Shown piece after piece: positions 1 to 14,226 of a DNA stretch of 64,000 bases (the stretch's first letter is position 1; each line of letters starts with the position of its first letter). The translations under genes were made by a program, and so were the position numbers. Under the pieces are notes generated by a model. It was not told where the DNA came from. It made no database searches and was given only the letters and a program-made list of their open reading frames with translations. Source of the stretch: Eledone cirrhosa (taxonomy: Eukaryota); NCBI GenBank assembly GCA_964016885.1, contig OZ024764.1:6262001-6326000 (forward strand), written 5' to 3'.

Positions 1-790
1 TGGTACAGACATATACACATAGCGAGGCATGAATGTCACAACATCACAGCAAACTTTTTACAGCTTCCTCTTCCGCCAGATAATTGATAGACACACAGTG
101 AGGCATGAATGCCACTACATCACAGCAAACTGTTTACAGCTTCCTCTTCCGCCAGATAATTGATAGACACACAGTGAGGCATGAATGCCACTACATCACA
201 GCAAACTGTTTACAGCTTCCTCTTCCGCCAGATAATTGATAGACACACAGTGAGGCATGAATGCCACTACATCACAGCAAACTTTTTACAGCTTCCTCTT
301 CCGCCAGATAATTGATAGACACACAGCTAGGCATGAATGTCACTACATCACAGCAAACTTTTTACAGCTTCCTCTTCCGCCAGATAATTGATACACACAC
401 AGCGAGGCATGAATGTCACAACATCACAGCTTCCTTCTCTTTCAGATAATTGATACAGACATATACACAGCAGCGAGGCATGAATGTCACAACATCACAG
501 CAAACTTTTTACATCTTCCTCTTCCGCCAGATAATTGATAGACACACAGCAGCGAGGCATGAATGTCACTACATCACAGCAAACTTTTTACATCTTTCTC
601 TAACCCTTCCTCATTCACATAATTTACATACATACATAGACACGCATACGCGGCGAGGCATGGTTGTCACAACATCACAACAAACTTTTTATTCTCTCTC
701 TCTCCCTGAAATTCGCTTTGAAAAAAAGTTCGATGATTGATTCAGTGAGACAGGGCGAGGCATGAACGCCACAGCGCATCATATCAAACT
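1..790. repeat. 76-bp minisatellite, about 9 copies, degenerating 3'
   Basis: CAGATAATTGATAGACAC recurs at 77, 153, 229 and onward (period 76). Confidence 0.9.
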
Positions 791-925
791 TAATTTCTCT
801 GCTTTTCTCTCTCCACCCCTTTCAAAAAGTTTGGCGAAAGTTTTGTAAACTTTGGGACTTTTACCGTCGGTTTGTATCGATAATGCATGAAAGCCACCAC
901 ATCACTGCATACATACTCACACATA

Positions 926-976
<51 letters not shown>

Positions 977-1854
977 TACATATATATATATATACATACA
1001 CACACAACAAGCACCAACATTTAATTAGTTCTCTCCTCCCGTTACCAACTTCTCATCTGTTACTCTCTCTGGTAACCTACCCTCTCGTCATCTCACTGCC
1101 TTTCTCTCTCTCTCTCTCCGTTACCCTGTCCTTAACTCTTTATCTGCTACCCTCTCGTTATATCACTTTCTCCCCCTCTCTCCCTCTCTCTGCTACCCTC
1201 TCCTTATCCTACTCTTTCCTTATCCTACTCTTTCTCTGCTACCCTCTCGTTATCCTACTCTTTCTCTGCTACCCTCTCGTTATCTCGCTCTCTTTGTCTC
1301 TCTTTGTTACTCCCTTTCTCTGCTACACCTCGTTATATCACTTTCTTTCTCTCTCTCTCTCTCTCTCACCCTCTCCTTATCTCTCCCATTCACTGTTGTC
1401 CCCACCACCACCCTCAACCTCCTCCCTCCACTCCAACATGTCTCCTCCCCCCTCACACCTACGTCTGTTCTCTACAATTATTTTGTGTCAAGGAATTACG
1501 CTAACCATCTTTCCATCTTCTTTTCTCATCTCATCATCCGTTATATATATATATATATTTCGTATTTCGTTCTAGACTGACTTCCATGCCTCTTTCTACC
1601 TCCACCTTCCTCTTATCATAACTTATATTTACACACACACACACACACACATATATATACACTAACAGATATATATATATATATAATGAAAACGGACACA
1701 CTCCATCATCTTTGCACCTTCTTCCATTCTAAGTCGATCAAGCCCCAAATACTAGTAATACCATCTTGATTTACTCACACACACACACTTCATCATTTCT
1801 GCACCCCATTCTAAGTCGATCACCCCCAAAAGTACCAGTAATACCCTCTGGTTT

Positions 1855-1889
<35 letters not shown>

Positions 1890-1890
<1 letters not shown>

Positions 1891-2084
1891 GCAGAGTTTA
1901 TATTTAATTTGTTGGGATTCAACAAGCTTAAACATTTTTATAACTAATATAAAGCACTCAACAATTAGTGGAGTAAATATACAATATATTAACAAATGGA
2001 AACTATATTTATAAAACCATATTTATTTTATACATATTTCAAAGGCCACCAAGGCAAATTATGGTGCGCTTTCATCAGATACAG
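1890..2084 (-). mobile_element. Hammerhead-bearing short element (family A), core at about 2021-2084
   Basis: Minus strand reads CTGATGA-AAGCGCACCA..TGGTGGCCTTT-GAA-ATATGTAT-A; flank homologous to copies at 15.4, 16.5, 17.0, 26.1 and 30.7 kb; stem I is truncated. Confidence 0.7.
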
Positions 2085-2090
2085 TAGGTA

Positions 2091-2139
<49 letters not shown>

Positions 2140-2276
2140 TTAGAAACACACAGATACATGCGGACACACACATATATACATGAATGCATCCGCACCCAAC
2201 TGTGAGTTAAGGGTGCCAACTTCACCGATGTTGCTCAATGAATGACTGGGACAGACCAATTCAGTTTGAACCAGAC

Positions 2277-2323
<47 letters not shown>

Positions 2324-2334
2324 TACAGTAGGTA

Positions 2335-2370
<36 letters not shown>

Positions 2371-2701
2371 CTACAGTAGGTAGACATATATATATGTGTA
2401 TATATTCTACAGTAGAGATACACTTAAAGGACTCTCATCAGAGAAAAATTGTCCTGAAGGATGTGAAATGTTAACTCTACTATATTTAACATTACATCGA
2501 GCACTCTTTGCTGGGACTGTCGACATCTGATATATTATATCATAGTTCTTTCTCCTCTATTATGATATATGTCTCTAACTTTGATATATATATATATGTA
2601 TATATATATACATATATATATATTATATATATATATATATGTAAAGTTTGTTTTATAAATAGAGACGTACCCATAAAACAAACTTTGTATTTTATCTGAT
2701 G

Positions 2702-2754
<53 letters not shown>

Positions 2755-3059
2755 TATATATACACACACACGATGATTGAAAGCAGATTTTTATGATTCT
2801 GTCTTCATCACTACTACATCCCCTCCCACTTCGAAGTCTATCGACCCAAAAGTACCAGTTACATCCTCAGGTTTACACACACACGCTTCACTTCTGCACT
2901 TCCCTCTCCCATTCTAATTCGATGTCGCCTCCCGCCGCGCCCCAATACCAGTAATATCCTCAGGTTCACACACACACACACACACACACGTGTAGGCAGA
3001 TTTTAATGCCTCTTCCTTTTTTCACACGCATGTATATACACACTCACACGCATATATAT

Positions 3060-3093
<34 letters not shown>

Positions 3094-3419
3094 TACATAC
3101 TCACACGTATTTAATATATATATATATACATACTCACACGCATATATATATATATACATACTCACACGCATATATATATATATATATATACATACTCACA
3201 CGCATATATATATATATATACATACACTCACGCATCTATATATACATATACATACACTCACGCATCTATATATACATACTCACGCATATATATACACACT
3301 CAAATGCATATATATATATCCATACATCTCTACCATCCTAGATCCCCCCCCCCCCAAAGTACCAGTAATAGACTCCGGACTACACACACGTGAAAGTAGA
3401 TTTTCATGCCTCTTTCTTC

Positions 3420-3436
3420 CTCTTTTCACAACTTTT

Positions 3437-3468
<32 letters not shown>

Positions 3469-3790
3469 TTCATCACATCTCTGAAGTCTGCCGACCCAGA
3501 AGTACCAGTAATACCCTCTGGCTTACACAAACACACACACACACACATACACACACACACTTCATCACATCTCTGAAGTCTGCCGACCCAGAGGTACCAG
3601 TAATACTCTCCGGCTTACACAAACACACACACACACACTTCATCACATCTCTGAAGTCTCCCGACCCAGAGGTACCAGTAATACCCTCCGGTTTACACAA
3701 ACACACACACACACACTTCATCACTACCCTCTTCCGAAGTCAATGCACCTAAAAGTACCAGTAATACATTTTGGTTTATACAAATACTCT
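3420..3790. repeat. Tandem repeat of roughly 80-90 bp with (CA)n linker
   Basis: CACTTCATCACATCTCTGAAGTC..GTACCAGTAATA unit repeated about 4 times. Confidence 0.8.
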
Positions 3791-3889
3791 ACCTTTTCCC
3801 TGTCTTTCCTCTTCTCGTTCGTTTGCATTTCATTTCTCTTACAATTCCACCTGTGTACATATTCTTCTATATATATATATGGTATATAT

Positions 3890-5505
<1,616 letters not shown>

Positions 5506-5633
5506 ACATATATCTTTTTCATTTGGTTTTATAACTTTGATAACTTTCAGCCAGTATTGGCCCAGGCCATGTCTAACTTAATAGCACCACTTGGCTATAT
5601 ATATATCTATATATATCTATCTATATATATCTA

Positions 5634-5669
<36 letters not shown>

Positions 5670-5671
<2 letters not shown>

Positions 5672-5800
5672 GTAATAATAAATGTGAAGGCTAAAATCCA
5701 AAGAGGGCTAGATAAGGATTACATATATAAAAACTTGAGTTTCAGAAGACCCCGTTAAGAGTGAAAGCAGCGATTCTTTGCTTAAACTTTAATCTGTTCT
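5670..5800 (+). mobile_element. Short dispersed element (family D) with hammerhead-like CAGAAGA core
   Basis: GAGTTT-CAGAAGA-CCCCgttaaGAGT-GAA-AGCA..TGCT-T-AAACTT; homologs at 31.57, 33.58, 33.76, 34.08 and 49.86 kb. Confidence 0.5.
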
Positions 5801-5816
5801 TATTATATATATATAT

Positions 5817-5860
<44 letters not shown>

Positions 5861-6620
5861 TATATGTTAGCTATTAAACGTTTCAAAGATTAAACTCTCT
5901 TTAATGTCCATTATATTTCAGCTCTGTATTATACTTATTTTACATCACACTATATCCATACTTGATACTTGTAACTGGGTAATAGTTATTACTCATCATA
6001 TATATATGTATATATATATATATAATATATATTCGTCATGTCACTTTCACCTTCCCATCACCTCTTTCAAGATACCAGTAATATTCTTTGATCCATATAA
6101 ACACAAAGAGAGAGGGTAATGCAGACATACATAATTCTTTGCTAGACCTTTCATAACTTTTATTTACAGACACACTTCATGAGAATTCCCCCATCACACC
6201 TCCATACCAGTAATATTCCCTGGTCTACATAGTAGACAAACATACGCCTATCATCTATCTCTCCTCATCTCGCCAGAGTTCCTATTTCGTTCCAGAAAAA
6301 CTTCCATTCCTCTTTTTGCTACTTCCATTTCTTCCTGTTTTCTAAACGTTGCTCACAGACAGACACTTATAAAATGGGTCGAACGAAAGTACCAGTAATA
6401 CCCTCTGTCTCTGACACACACCCACACCATCATATGTCATCTCATGACCCGTTACTACAGTATTAGATTTCGTATTTCGTCAAACACAGAACTTCCATGC
6501 TTGTTTTTATTTTCAACCTTTCTGCTTGTTTTTAAAACTTTTACACACACTTGTGTGTGTGTGTATATACAGACATACACACATATACATTTATATATAT
6601 ATATATATATATACACACAC

Positions 6621-6671
<51 letters not shown>

Positions 6672-6710
6672 CACATATATATATATATACACATATATAT
6701 ATATATACAC

Positions 6711-6743
<33 letters not shown>

Positions 6744-6776
6744 TATATATATATATATACATATATATATACACAC

Positions 6777-6881
<105 letters not shown>

Positions 6882-6886
6882 CGCCC

Positions 6887-6918
<32 letters not shown>

Positions 6919-7189
6919 GCACACACGCAAAGACTAAAAATATATACTCTATTGTTTCTGTACTATTGTGTGTGTATGTATATAAAATCTATTTGTACTA
7001 TTATGTGTGTGTGTGTGTATATATAAAATGTACTATTGTGTGTGTGTATATATTTATATGGATCTATACAGAGAGCATCATTGAGGAATACATACCTTTA
7101 TCACATAACTTCCTTCCACCTATCCTGCATAGATTGCCATCAAAAGTACCAGTAATACCCACTGGTTCATACATACACAACCACCCTCT

Positions 7190-7760
7190 CTAATATTTGT
7201 TTCTACTTTAGGCACAAGGCCAGCATTTATCCCAGTGCATTACTGGTACTTTATTTTATCAACCCCGTAAGGATGAAGGGCAAAGTTATCCTCGGCAGGA
7301 TTTGAACTCAGAATGGCAAGGGCCGTAACTCTATGCATCAAAGCATGGCGTCCGACCCTCTACCGATACTGCCAATCCACCCTCTCTAATAATTGTTTCT
7401 TCTTTTCGGCACAAGGCCAGCAATAACCCAGTGCATTACTGGTACTTTGTTTTATCGACCCCCGTAAGGATGAAAGGCAAAGTCAACCTCGGCGGGATTT
7501 GAACTCGGACCGCAAAGGGCCGCAACTCTGTGCTGCAAAGCATGGTGTCCGACCCTCTACCGATACTGCCAATCCACCGCCCTTAACCCTCTCTAATAAT
7601 TGTTTCTACTTTTGGCACAAGGCCAGCCATTACCCCAGTGCATTACTGGTACTTTATTTTATCGACCCCGTAAGGATGAAAGGCAAAGTCAACCTCGGCG
7701 GGATTTGAACTCAGAACGGCAAGGGCCGTAACTATGCTGGAAAGCATGGCGTCCGGACGT
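7190..7760 (-). mobile_element. Three tandem copies of tRNA-derived SINE family 2 (Nin-like domain)
   Basis: Minus strand has A-box-like TGGCAGTATCGG, B box GAGTTCAAATCC, then GACTTTGCCTTTCATCCTTACGGGGTCGATAAAATAAAGTACCAG. Confidence 0.85.
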
Positions 7761-7873
7761 CTATTTTGTTTCCTATATCTATATTTAGACAAAGCCGCCA
7801 TGCTGTGCCTCATTCTGTCTTCCATCTTCCCTCGCCTAAGAGACACACCACCATTAAGGTGTGTGTGTGTGTG

Positions 7874-7948
<75 letters not shown>

Positions 7949-7960
7949 CGTTTATTGATT

Positions 7961-8045
7961 GATGACACGTGTTTCACGACTGACCGGCTCATGGTTTGAT
8001 CTCTATCCATCTGGCCTGACTCTGGAATCGAAAGCTCGTCAGACC
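7961..8045 (-). ncRNA. Putative hammerhead ribozyme with long stem II
   Basis: Minus strand reads GGT-CTGACGA-(about 60 nt)-GAA-ACACGTGT-C-ATC; palindromic stem III, GUC site. Confidence 0.55.
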
Positions 8046-8256
8046 TCTGCTGTTGTAATGACAGAATGAACATATAAAGCTTAGAAATGTCTTACGTTTC
8101 GCATTAATATGGTGGTCAGTTTATGTTGTTTTGATTGGTAGGTTAGCTATCAAGTGGTCCCTGGATATATATATACCACCACCCCCACTCTCAAGAGCGT
8201 GAAACTAATACACCTTTGTTTGTATTGCCTCTCTGTTTTTGTTCCCGTTCCAATTT

Positions 8257-8319
<63 letters not shown>

Positions 8320-8321
<2 letters not shown>

Positions 8322-8610
8322 TCATCATCATCATCATCATCATCGTTTAACGTCCATTTTCCACGCTAGCATGGGTCTGGACGGGAATTGTCCCACTTGG
8401 GGCAAGATTGGTTGTCTTGCTCAGGACTATCTGGCAGGTTTTCTACGGCTGGATGCCCTTCCTAACACCAACCACGTTTACAGTGTGGACTGAGAGGTTT
8501 TTACCTTGTTACCTACACGGCCACATTACAGCGTGGACTGTGTGTTTTTTTTGTCGTGACACCTACACAACCTCATTTGTTTCGGACTGGATGTTGTGGT
8601 ACCAACATAG
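8320..8610 (-). mobile_element. SINE family 1 variant, 3' portion
   Basis: GGATGCCCTTCCTAACACCAACC domain and (CAT)n tail; near-identical copies at 22.9 and 34.8 kb. Confidence 0.75.
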
Positions 8611-9269
8611 CTTTATGTTATATATAATAATAATAATAATAAATAGGGGACAAAGAATCAGTATTGCATCATATACATATTTAATTACATATGTTTCATT
8701 GCCGATCAGCTCGAGGAACGATCGATTATGTTTGTTCCTGACTCTGGAATCGAAAGCTCCCCAGATGTGTGTTCTCACCTGTAGACTCGGGTCCAAATGT
8801 TGAAGTGTTAGACACCTGATTTGTTATTTTGGGTTGCCACAGACTTTGTTAGAAGAAATGTATCATCTTTGATTTTATCATGTTATATATATCATCATCA
8901 TCATCACCACCGTTTTATGTCTATTCTTCCACGCTAGCGTGGGTTAGACAGGTTGTCCTGTTGTGGGCAATGCTAGGTCGGCTGATCTTGTCTTGCTCAT
9001 ACTGGAACTGATTTTGGCTTGATTTCTACAGCTGGATGCCCTTCCTAACATCAACCTCATTTACAGTGAGTGCTGCGTGCTTTTTCTTGAAACTGAGATG
9101 CAACCATTATATCGAGAATGTCTAGTTTTTTCGCCTGTGTAAATGAAGTATTTTAAAGAGAGTATTTTAAAGTCCCCACACATGTTTGTATATATATATG
9201 TTGTTGGTACTACAACATCAAGTCCAATCTAATGAGGTTGTGTAAGTGTCACGACAAAAAAACAAAGTC

Positions 9270-9450
9270 CATGCTGTAACTTGGTTGTGTAGGAGACAGT
9301 AAAAAGATTCCCAGTCCACACTGTAAAGTGGTCGTGTAGGAGACACGGTAAAAAGACTCCCAGTCCACACTGTAGAGTGGTCGTGTAGGAGACAGGAAAA
9401 AGATTCCCAGTCCACACTGTAAAGTGGTCGTGTAGGAGACGCGGTAAAAA
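9270..9450. repeat. Approximately 48-bp SINE-derived tandem repeat
   Basis: CCCAGTCCACACTGTAAAGTGGTCGTGTAGGAGAC x3-4; same unit as the arrays at 50.3 and 51.7 kb. Confidence 0.75.
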
Positions 9451-9639
9451 GACTTAGAGGCAAGTTGCGTCAAGTGACCGTGTCTTTTTCATATAGAACT
9501 GTTTGTAGCTGGGTTTCTACAGCTGGATGCCCTTCTTAATGCCAACCACATTTACTGTGTGCATTTGTGAATGAATGATAATATTTATATTTGATTTGTT
9601 TTTATAGATATATATATATATTCCATCTTCACAGTTTCT

Positions 9640-10010
9640 TGTAATATACCCTGGTCTACAGACAGATACAGCTGTACCTGTAATATACCCTGGTCTACTG
9701 ACACAGCTGTACCTGTGATATACCCTGGTCTACTGACACAGCTGTACCTGTGATATACCCTGGTCCACTGACACAGCTGTACCTGTGATATACCCTGGTC
9801 TACTGACAGACACAGCTGTACCTGTAATATACCCTGGTCTACAGACAGATACAGCTGTACCTGTAATATACCCTGGTCTACTGACAGACACAGCTGTACC
9901 TGTGATATACCCTGGTCTACTGACAGACACAGCTGTACCTGTGATATACCCTGGTCTACTGACAGACACAGCTGTACCTGTGATATACCTGATCTACTGA
10001 CAGACACAGC
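9640..10010. repeat. 39/35-bp minisatellite, about 10 copies
   Basis: CTGACAGACACAGCTGTACCTGTGATATACCCTGGTCTA at 9881, 9920 and onward. Confidence 0.9.
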
Positions 10011-10049
10011 TTCTTGTTGTGTCCACAAGAGTGTCAGTTACAAAGCATG

Positions 10050-10490
10050 TCTAAGATATGGTTCTGCCACAGCTGAACACATTGCTGTCCTTTCTCTATA
10101 AACTCTGCCAAGTCCAATGCTGTCCAGGGGTGTTCTAGCAGGGGACATATCAGGAGGTGCTGTGCAGGGGTGTTCTAGCAGGGGACATATCAGGAGGTGC
10201 TGTCCAGGGGTGTTCTAGCAGGGGACATATCAGGAGGTGCTGTGCAGGGGTGTTCTAACAGGGGACATAACAGGAGGTGCTGTGCAGGGGTGGTCCAGCA
10301 GGGGACATATCAGGAGGTGCTGCGTAGGATGTGGTTCAATGCTCTAGTCATGCACAATGTCCGCATCCTTTAAATATCCCCATTTTGCAAGGGCAACTTT
10401 TGCACGTCCAACACCAGATCTTAGTCTGTTTAGGCATTTCCACACTGCATAGTTTGTATCTGCTCCAGGGGGGCAGTGCCTCACTCACCT
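10050..10490 (-). pseudogene. Decayed 3' end of a Vingi-like (I-group) non-LTR retrotransposon ORF
   Basis: Manual minus-strand translation VSEALPPGADTNYAVWKCLNRLRSGVGRAKVALAKWGYL..*..QHLLICPLLDHPCTA..LDLAEFIEKGQQCVQLWQNHI matches the LPPG..W..LNRLR.GVGR...KWG..HLL.C pattern; in-frame stop. Confidence 0.75.
10118..10322. repeat. 40-bp tandem repeat x5 derived from the LINE ORF
   Basis: GGGGACATATCAGGAGGTGCTGTGCAGGGGTGTTCTAGCA at 10141, 10181 and onward. Confidence 0.9.
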
Positions 10491-11063
10491 TTAGCTCCAG
10501 GGGGCAGTGCCTCACTCACCATTAGCTCCAGGGGGCAGTGCCTCACTCACCTTTAGCTCCAGGGGACAGTGCCTCACTCACCTTTAGCTCCAGGGGGCTG
10601 TGCCTCACTCACCTTTAGCTCCAGGAGGCTGTGCCTCACTCACCTTTAGCTCCAGGGAGCAGTGCCTCACTCACCTTTAGCTCCAGGGGGCAGTGCCTCA
10701 CTCACCTTTAGCTCCAGGGGGCTGTGCCTCACCCACCTTTAGCTCCAGGGGGCTGTGCCTCACTCACCCTTAGCTCCAGGGGGCAGTGCCTCACTCACCT
10801 TTAGCTCCAGGGGGGCTGTGCCTCACTCACTTTTAGCTCCAGGGGGCAGTGCCTCACTCACCTTTAGCTCCAGGGGACAGTGCCTCACTCACTTTTAGCT
10901 CCAGGCGACAGTGCCTCACTCACCTTTAGCTCCAGGGGGCAGTGCCTCACTCACCTTTAACTCCAGGGGGCAGTGCCTCACTCACTTTTAGCTCCAGGGG
11001 ACAGTGCCTCACTCACCTTTAGCTCCAGGGGGCAGTGCCTCACTCACCTTTAGCTCCAGGGGG
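10462..11063. repeat. 31-bp tandem repeat, about 19 copies
   Basis: AGCTCCAGGGGGCAGTGCCTCACTCACCTTT; minus strand encodes VSEALPPGA, contiguous with the LINE fragment. Confidence 0.9.
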
Positions 11064-11439
11064 CCGAGCATTCCACAGACACATGTACACTTCACATGGC
11101 TCTCAGGGAGATTCAGTATAACACAGGAACAGTCTGTCTTGTATCATGGTGTTCTCAGGGAGATTCGGTGACACAGGTACAGTCTATGTTGTATTATAGT
11201 GTTCTCAGAGAGATTCAGTATTACAGGTACAGTCTATGTTGTATTATAGTGTTCTCAGGGAGATTCAGTATCACATGAGTCCACCATTAAATAGGTGTTA
11301 CACATTTTTTGGTCTTTTAGTAAACTAATTGGGATGGTGGGGGGTGGGGTGGGGATGAAATGAAGAGTCTTGCTCAAGGATTAGACACACTTTTGTGAAT
11401 CGAGTTTATGTCCTTAAGATCATTAACTGTCTTTATCTC

Positions 11440-13362
11440 CCACTTATTCCTGAGAGGGTCGTGGAGGGGGCAGAGTCCTCAAACACTCCATCCAGCGGGT
11501 CCTGTCAGAAGCAACTGTCTTCATTTGATCTGGCTGGATCCCCAAGCGAGATCAGCCAAGCTCATGGATGTTACCCAACCATCTTGCTCTGGGTCTCCAA
11601 CCTGTTGGTTTTGCCCATAAAATCTATCCAGAGATTCTTTCCTCAGACATTCTAACCACATGTCTGTAGTATCAGAGCTGTGATCTCTCAATCCAGAGAT
11701 TCTTTCCTCAGACATTCTAACCACATGTCTGTAGTATCAGAGCTGTGATCTCTCAATCCAGATTCTTTCCTCAGACATTCTAACCACATGTCTGTAGTAT
11801 CAGAGCTGTGATCTCTCAATTCAGAGATTCTTTCCTGAGACATTCTAACCACATGTCTGTAGTATCAGAGCTGTGGTCTCTCAATTCAGAGATTCTTCCT
11901 CAGACATTCTAACCACATGTCTGTAGTATCAGAGCTGTGATCTCTCAATCCAGAGATTCTTTCCTCAGACATTCTAACCACATGTCTGTAGTATCAGAGC
12001 TGTGATCTCTCAATTCAGAGATTCTTTCCTGAGACATTCTAACCACATGTCTGTAGTATCAGAGCTGTGATCTCTCAATTCAGAGATTCTTTCCTGAGAC
12101 ATTCTCACCACATGTCTGTAGTATCAGAGCTGTGATCTCTCAATCCAGAGATTCTTTCCTCAGACATTCTAACCACATGTCTGTAGTATCAGAGCTGTGA
12201 TCTCTCAATTCAGAGATTCTTTCCTGAGACATTCTAACCACATGTCTGTAGTATCAGAGCTGTGATCTCTCAATACAGAGATTCTTTCCTCAGACATTCT
12301 AACCACATGTCTGTAATATCAGAGCTGTGATCTCTCAATTCAGAGATTCTTTCCTCAGACATTCTAACCACATGTCTGTAGTATCAGAGCTGTGATCTCT
12401 CAATTCAGAGATTCTTTCCTGAGACATTCTAACCACATGTCTGTAGTATCAGAGCTGTGATCTCTCAATTCAGAGATTCTTTCCTCAGACATTCTAACCA
12501 CATGTCTGTAGTATCAGAGCTGTGATCTCTCAATCCAGAGATTCTTTCCTGAGACATTCTAACCACATGTCTGTAGTATCAGAGCTGTGATCTCTCAATC
12601 CAGAGATTCTTTCCTCAGACATTCTAACCACATGTCTGTAGTATCAGAGCTGTGATCTCTCAATCCAGAGATTCTTTCCTGAGACATTCTAACCACATGT
12701 CTGTAGTATCGGAGCTGTGATCTCTCAATCCAGAGATTCTTTCCTGAGACATTCTAACCAAATGTCTGTAGTATCGGAGCTGTGATCTCTCAATCCAGAG
12801 ATTCTTTTCTGAGACATTCTAACAACATATCTGTAGTATCGGAGCTGTGATCTCTCAATCCAGAGATTCTTTCCTCAGACATTCTAACCACATGTCTGTA
12901 GTATCAGAGCTGTGATCTCTCAATCCAGAGATTCTTTCCTCAGACATTCTAACCACATGTCTGTAGTATAAGTGCTGTGATCTCTCAATCCAGAGATTCT
13001 TTCCTCAGACATTCTAATCACATGTCTGTAGTATCAGAGCTGTGATCTATCAATTCAGAGATTCTTTCCTGTGACATTCTAACCACATGTCTGTAGTATC
13101 AGAGCTGTGATCTCTCAATTCAGAGATTCTTTCCTGAGACATTCTAACCACATGTCTGTAGTATCAGAGCTGTGATCTCTCAATCCAGAGATTCTTTCCT
13201 GTGACATTCTAACCACATGTCTGTAGTATCAGAGCTGTGATCTCTCAATTCAAAGAAGTAATGGCTCTACTTGGAGTAACACTCCGATCTCTGAGCTACA
13301 CATTTATCGAGTAACGTCACTGAAAATACCTTTTGGAAGAATCCCATTTCGGCCACTTGTAT
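11440..13362 (-). pseudogene. Decayed 3' end of an RTE-clade LINE, interrupted by a self-derived array
   Basis: Minus strand IQVAEMGFFQKVFSVTLLDK/SSEIGVLLQVEPLLL*IERSQL*YYRHVVRMSEERISG*ILWAKPTGWRPRARW..RLGIQPDQMKTVASDRTRW..LPPPRP, a typical RTE C-terminus with stops and a frameshift. Confidence 0.85.
11625..13250. repeat. 65-bp minisatellite, about 25 copies
   Basis: AGACATTCTAACCACATGTCTGTAGTATCAGAGCTGTGATCTCTCAAT(C/T)CAGAGATTCTTTCCT, period 65. Confidence 0.95.
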
Positions 13363-13393
13363 TCAAGTATATATATCGATATAATGTGTGTGC

Positions 13394-13440
<47 letters not shown>

Positions 13441-13743
13441 TTGAAATAAAATGAAAACGAAATTTCATTTCTCACTCTTAGTACGGCACTTACTTAAATG
13501 TAAGTATGTGTGTATACGTACATACATATATGTATACAGACGTACAGTAGCATGCATATATATATATATATACATACATATATATACATACAGGTACACA
13601 TACATATATGCACGTATCAGTTTAGCCGACGTTTATTATAACGCCGCTTTGTTCGTTTGTAAACAAACTGAACAGCCTGAATTTTTATGCCGTACGGTGT
13701 TAAGGCAACCACGTCACCTTTTTGTTCAACACTGACACAGGAA

Positions 13744-13784
13744 CGATGTACTAGTTTCAAGCTTGTTAGCTATCATCAGCACCG
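13744..13784 (-). ncRNA. Minimal type I hammerhead ribozyme (Penelope-like)
   Basis: Minus strand reads CGGTG-CTGATGA-T-AGCT aaca AGCT-T-GAA-ACTAGT-A-CATCG; stem I pairs, palindromic stem III, GUA cleavage triplet. Confidence 0.8.
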
Positions 13785-13978
13785 TATACCCATCTGCCAG
13801 ATAGTTGAACGTTCGAAAGCATATACTTTCCTTATGAAAATTAACGGCTGAGCAGCCTAATTTGCATATCGAGTGAGCTAAGTCGGTCAGGCATACCGAA
13901 AACGATAAATTGAAATAATATATTTAATATTGTATATACTCTACTACTTACTGGGATTAAAGCTGATTGAACCCAGGT

Positions 13979-14012
<34 letters not shown>

Positions 14013-14187
14013 ACCTCACTGTAAATGAGGTTGGTGTTAGGAAGGGCATCCAGCTGTAGAAATCAAGCCAGAATCAGTTCCCGTCCCACCCTTGCAAGCA
14101 GGGAAAAGCGGACGTAAAATGAAATGAAAATGATGATGAAATGATATGTATATTTATATATATATAGTATGTGTATTTCTATATATC

Positions 14188-14226
<39 letters not shown>

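Noticed and set aside
2425-2470. Possible hammerhead (TCATCAG; CTGAAGGATGTGAAA)
   Set aside because: Could not assemble stems and core in a consistent topology; the CTGATGA at about 2696 is likewise only a truncated 5' half
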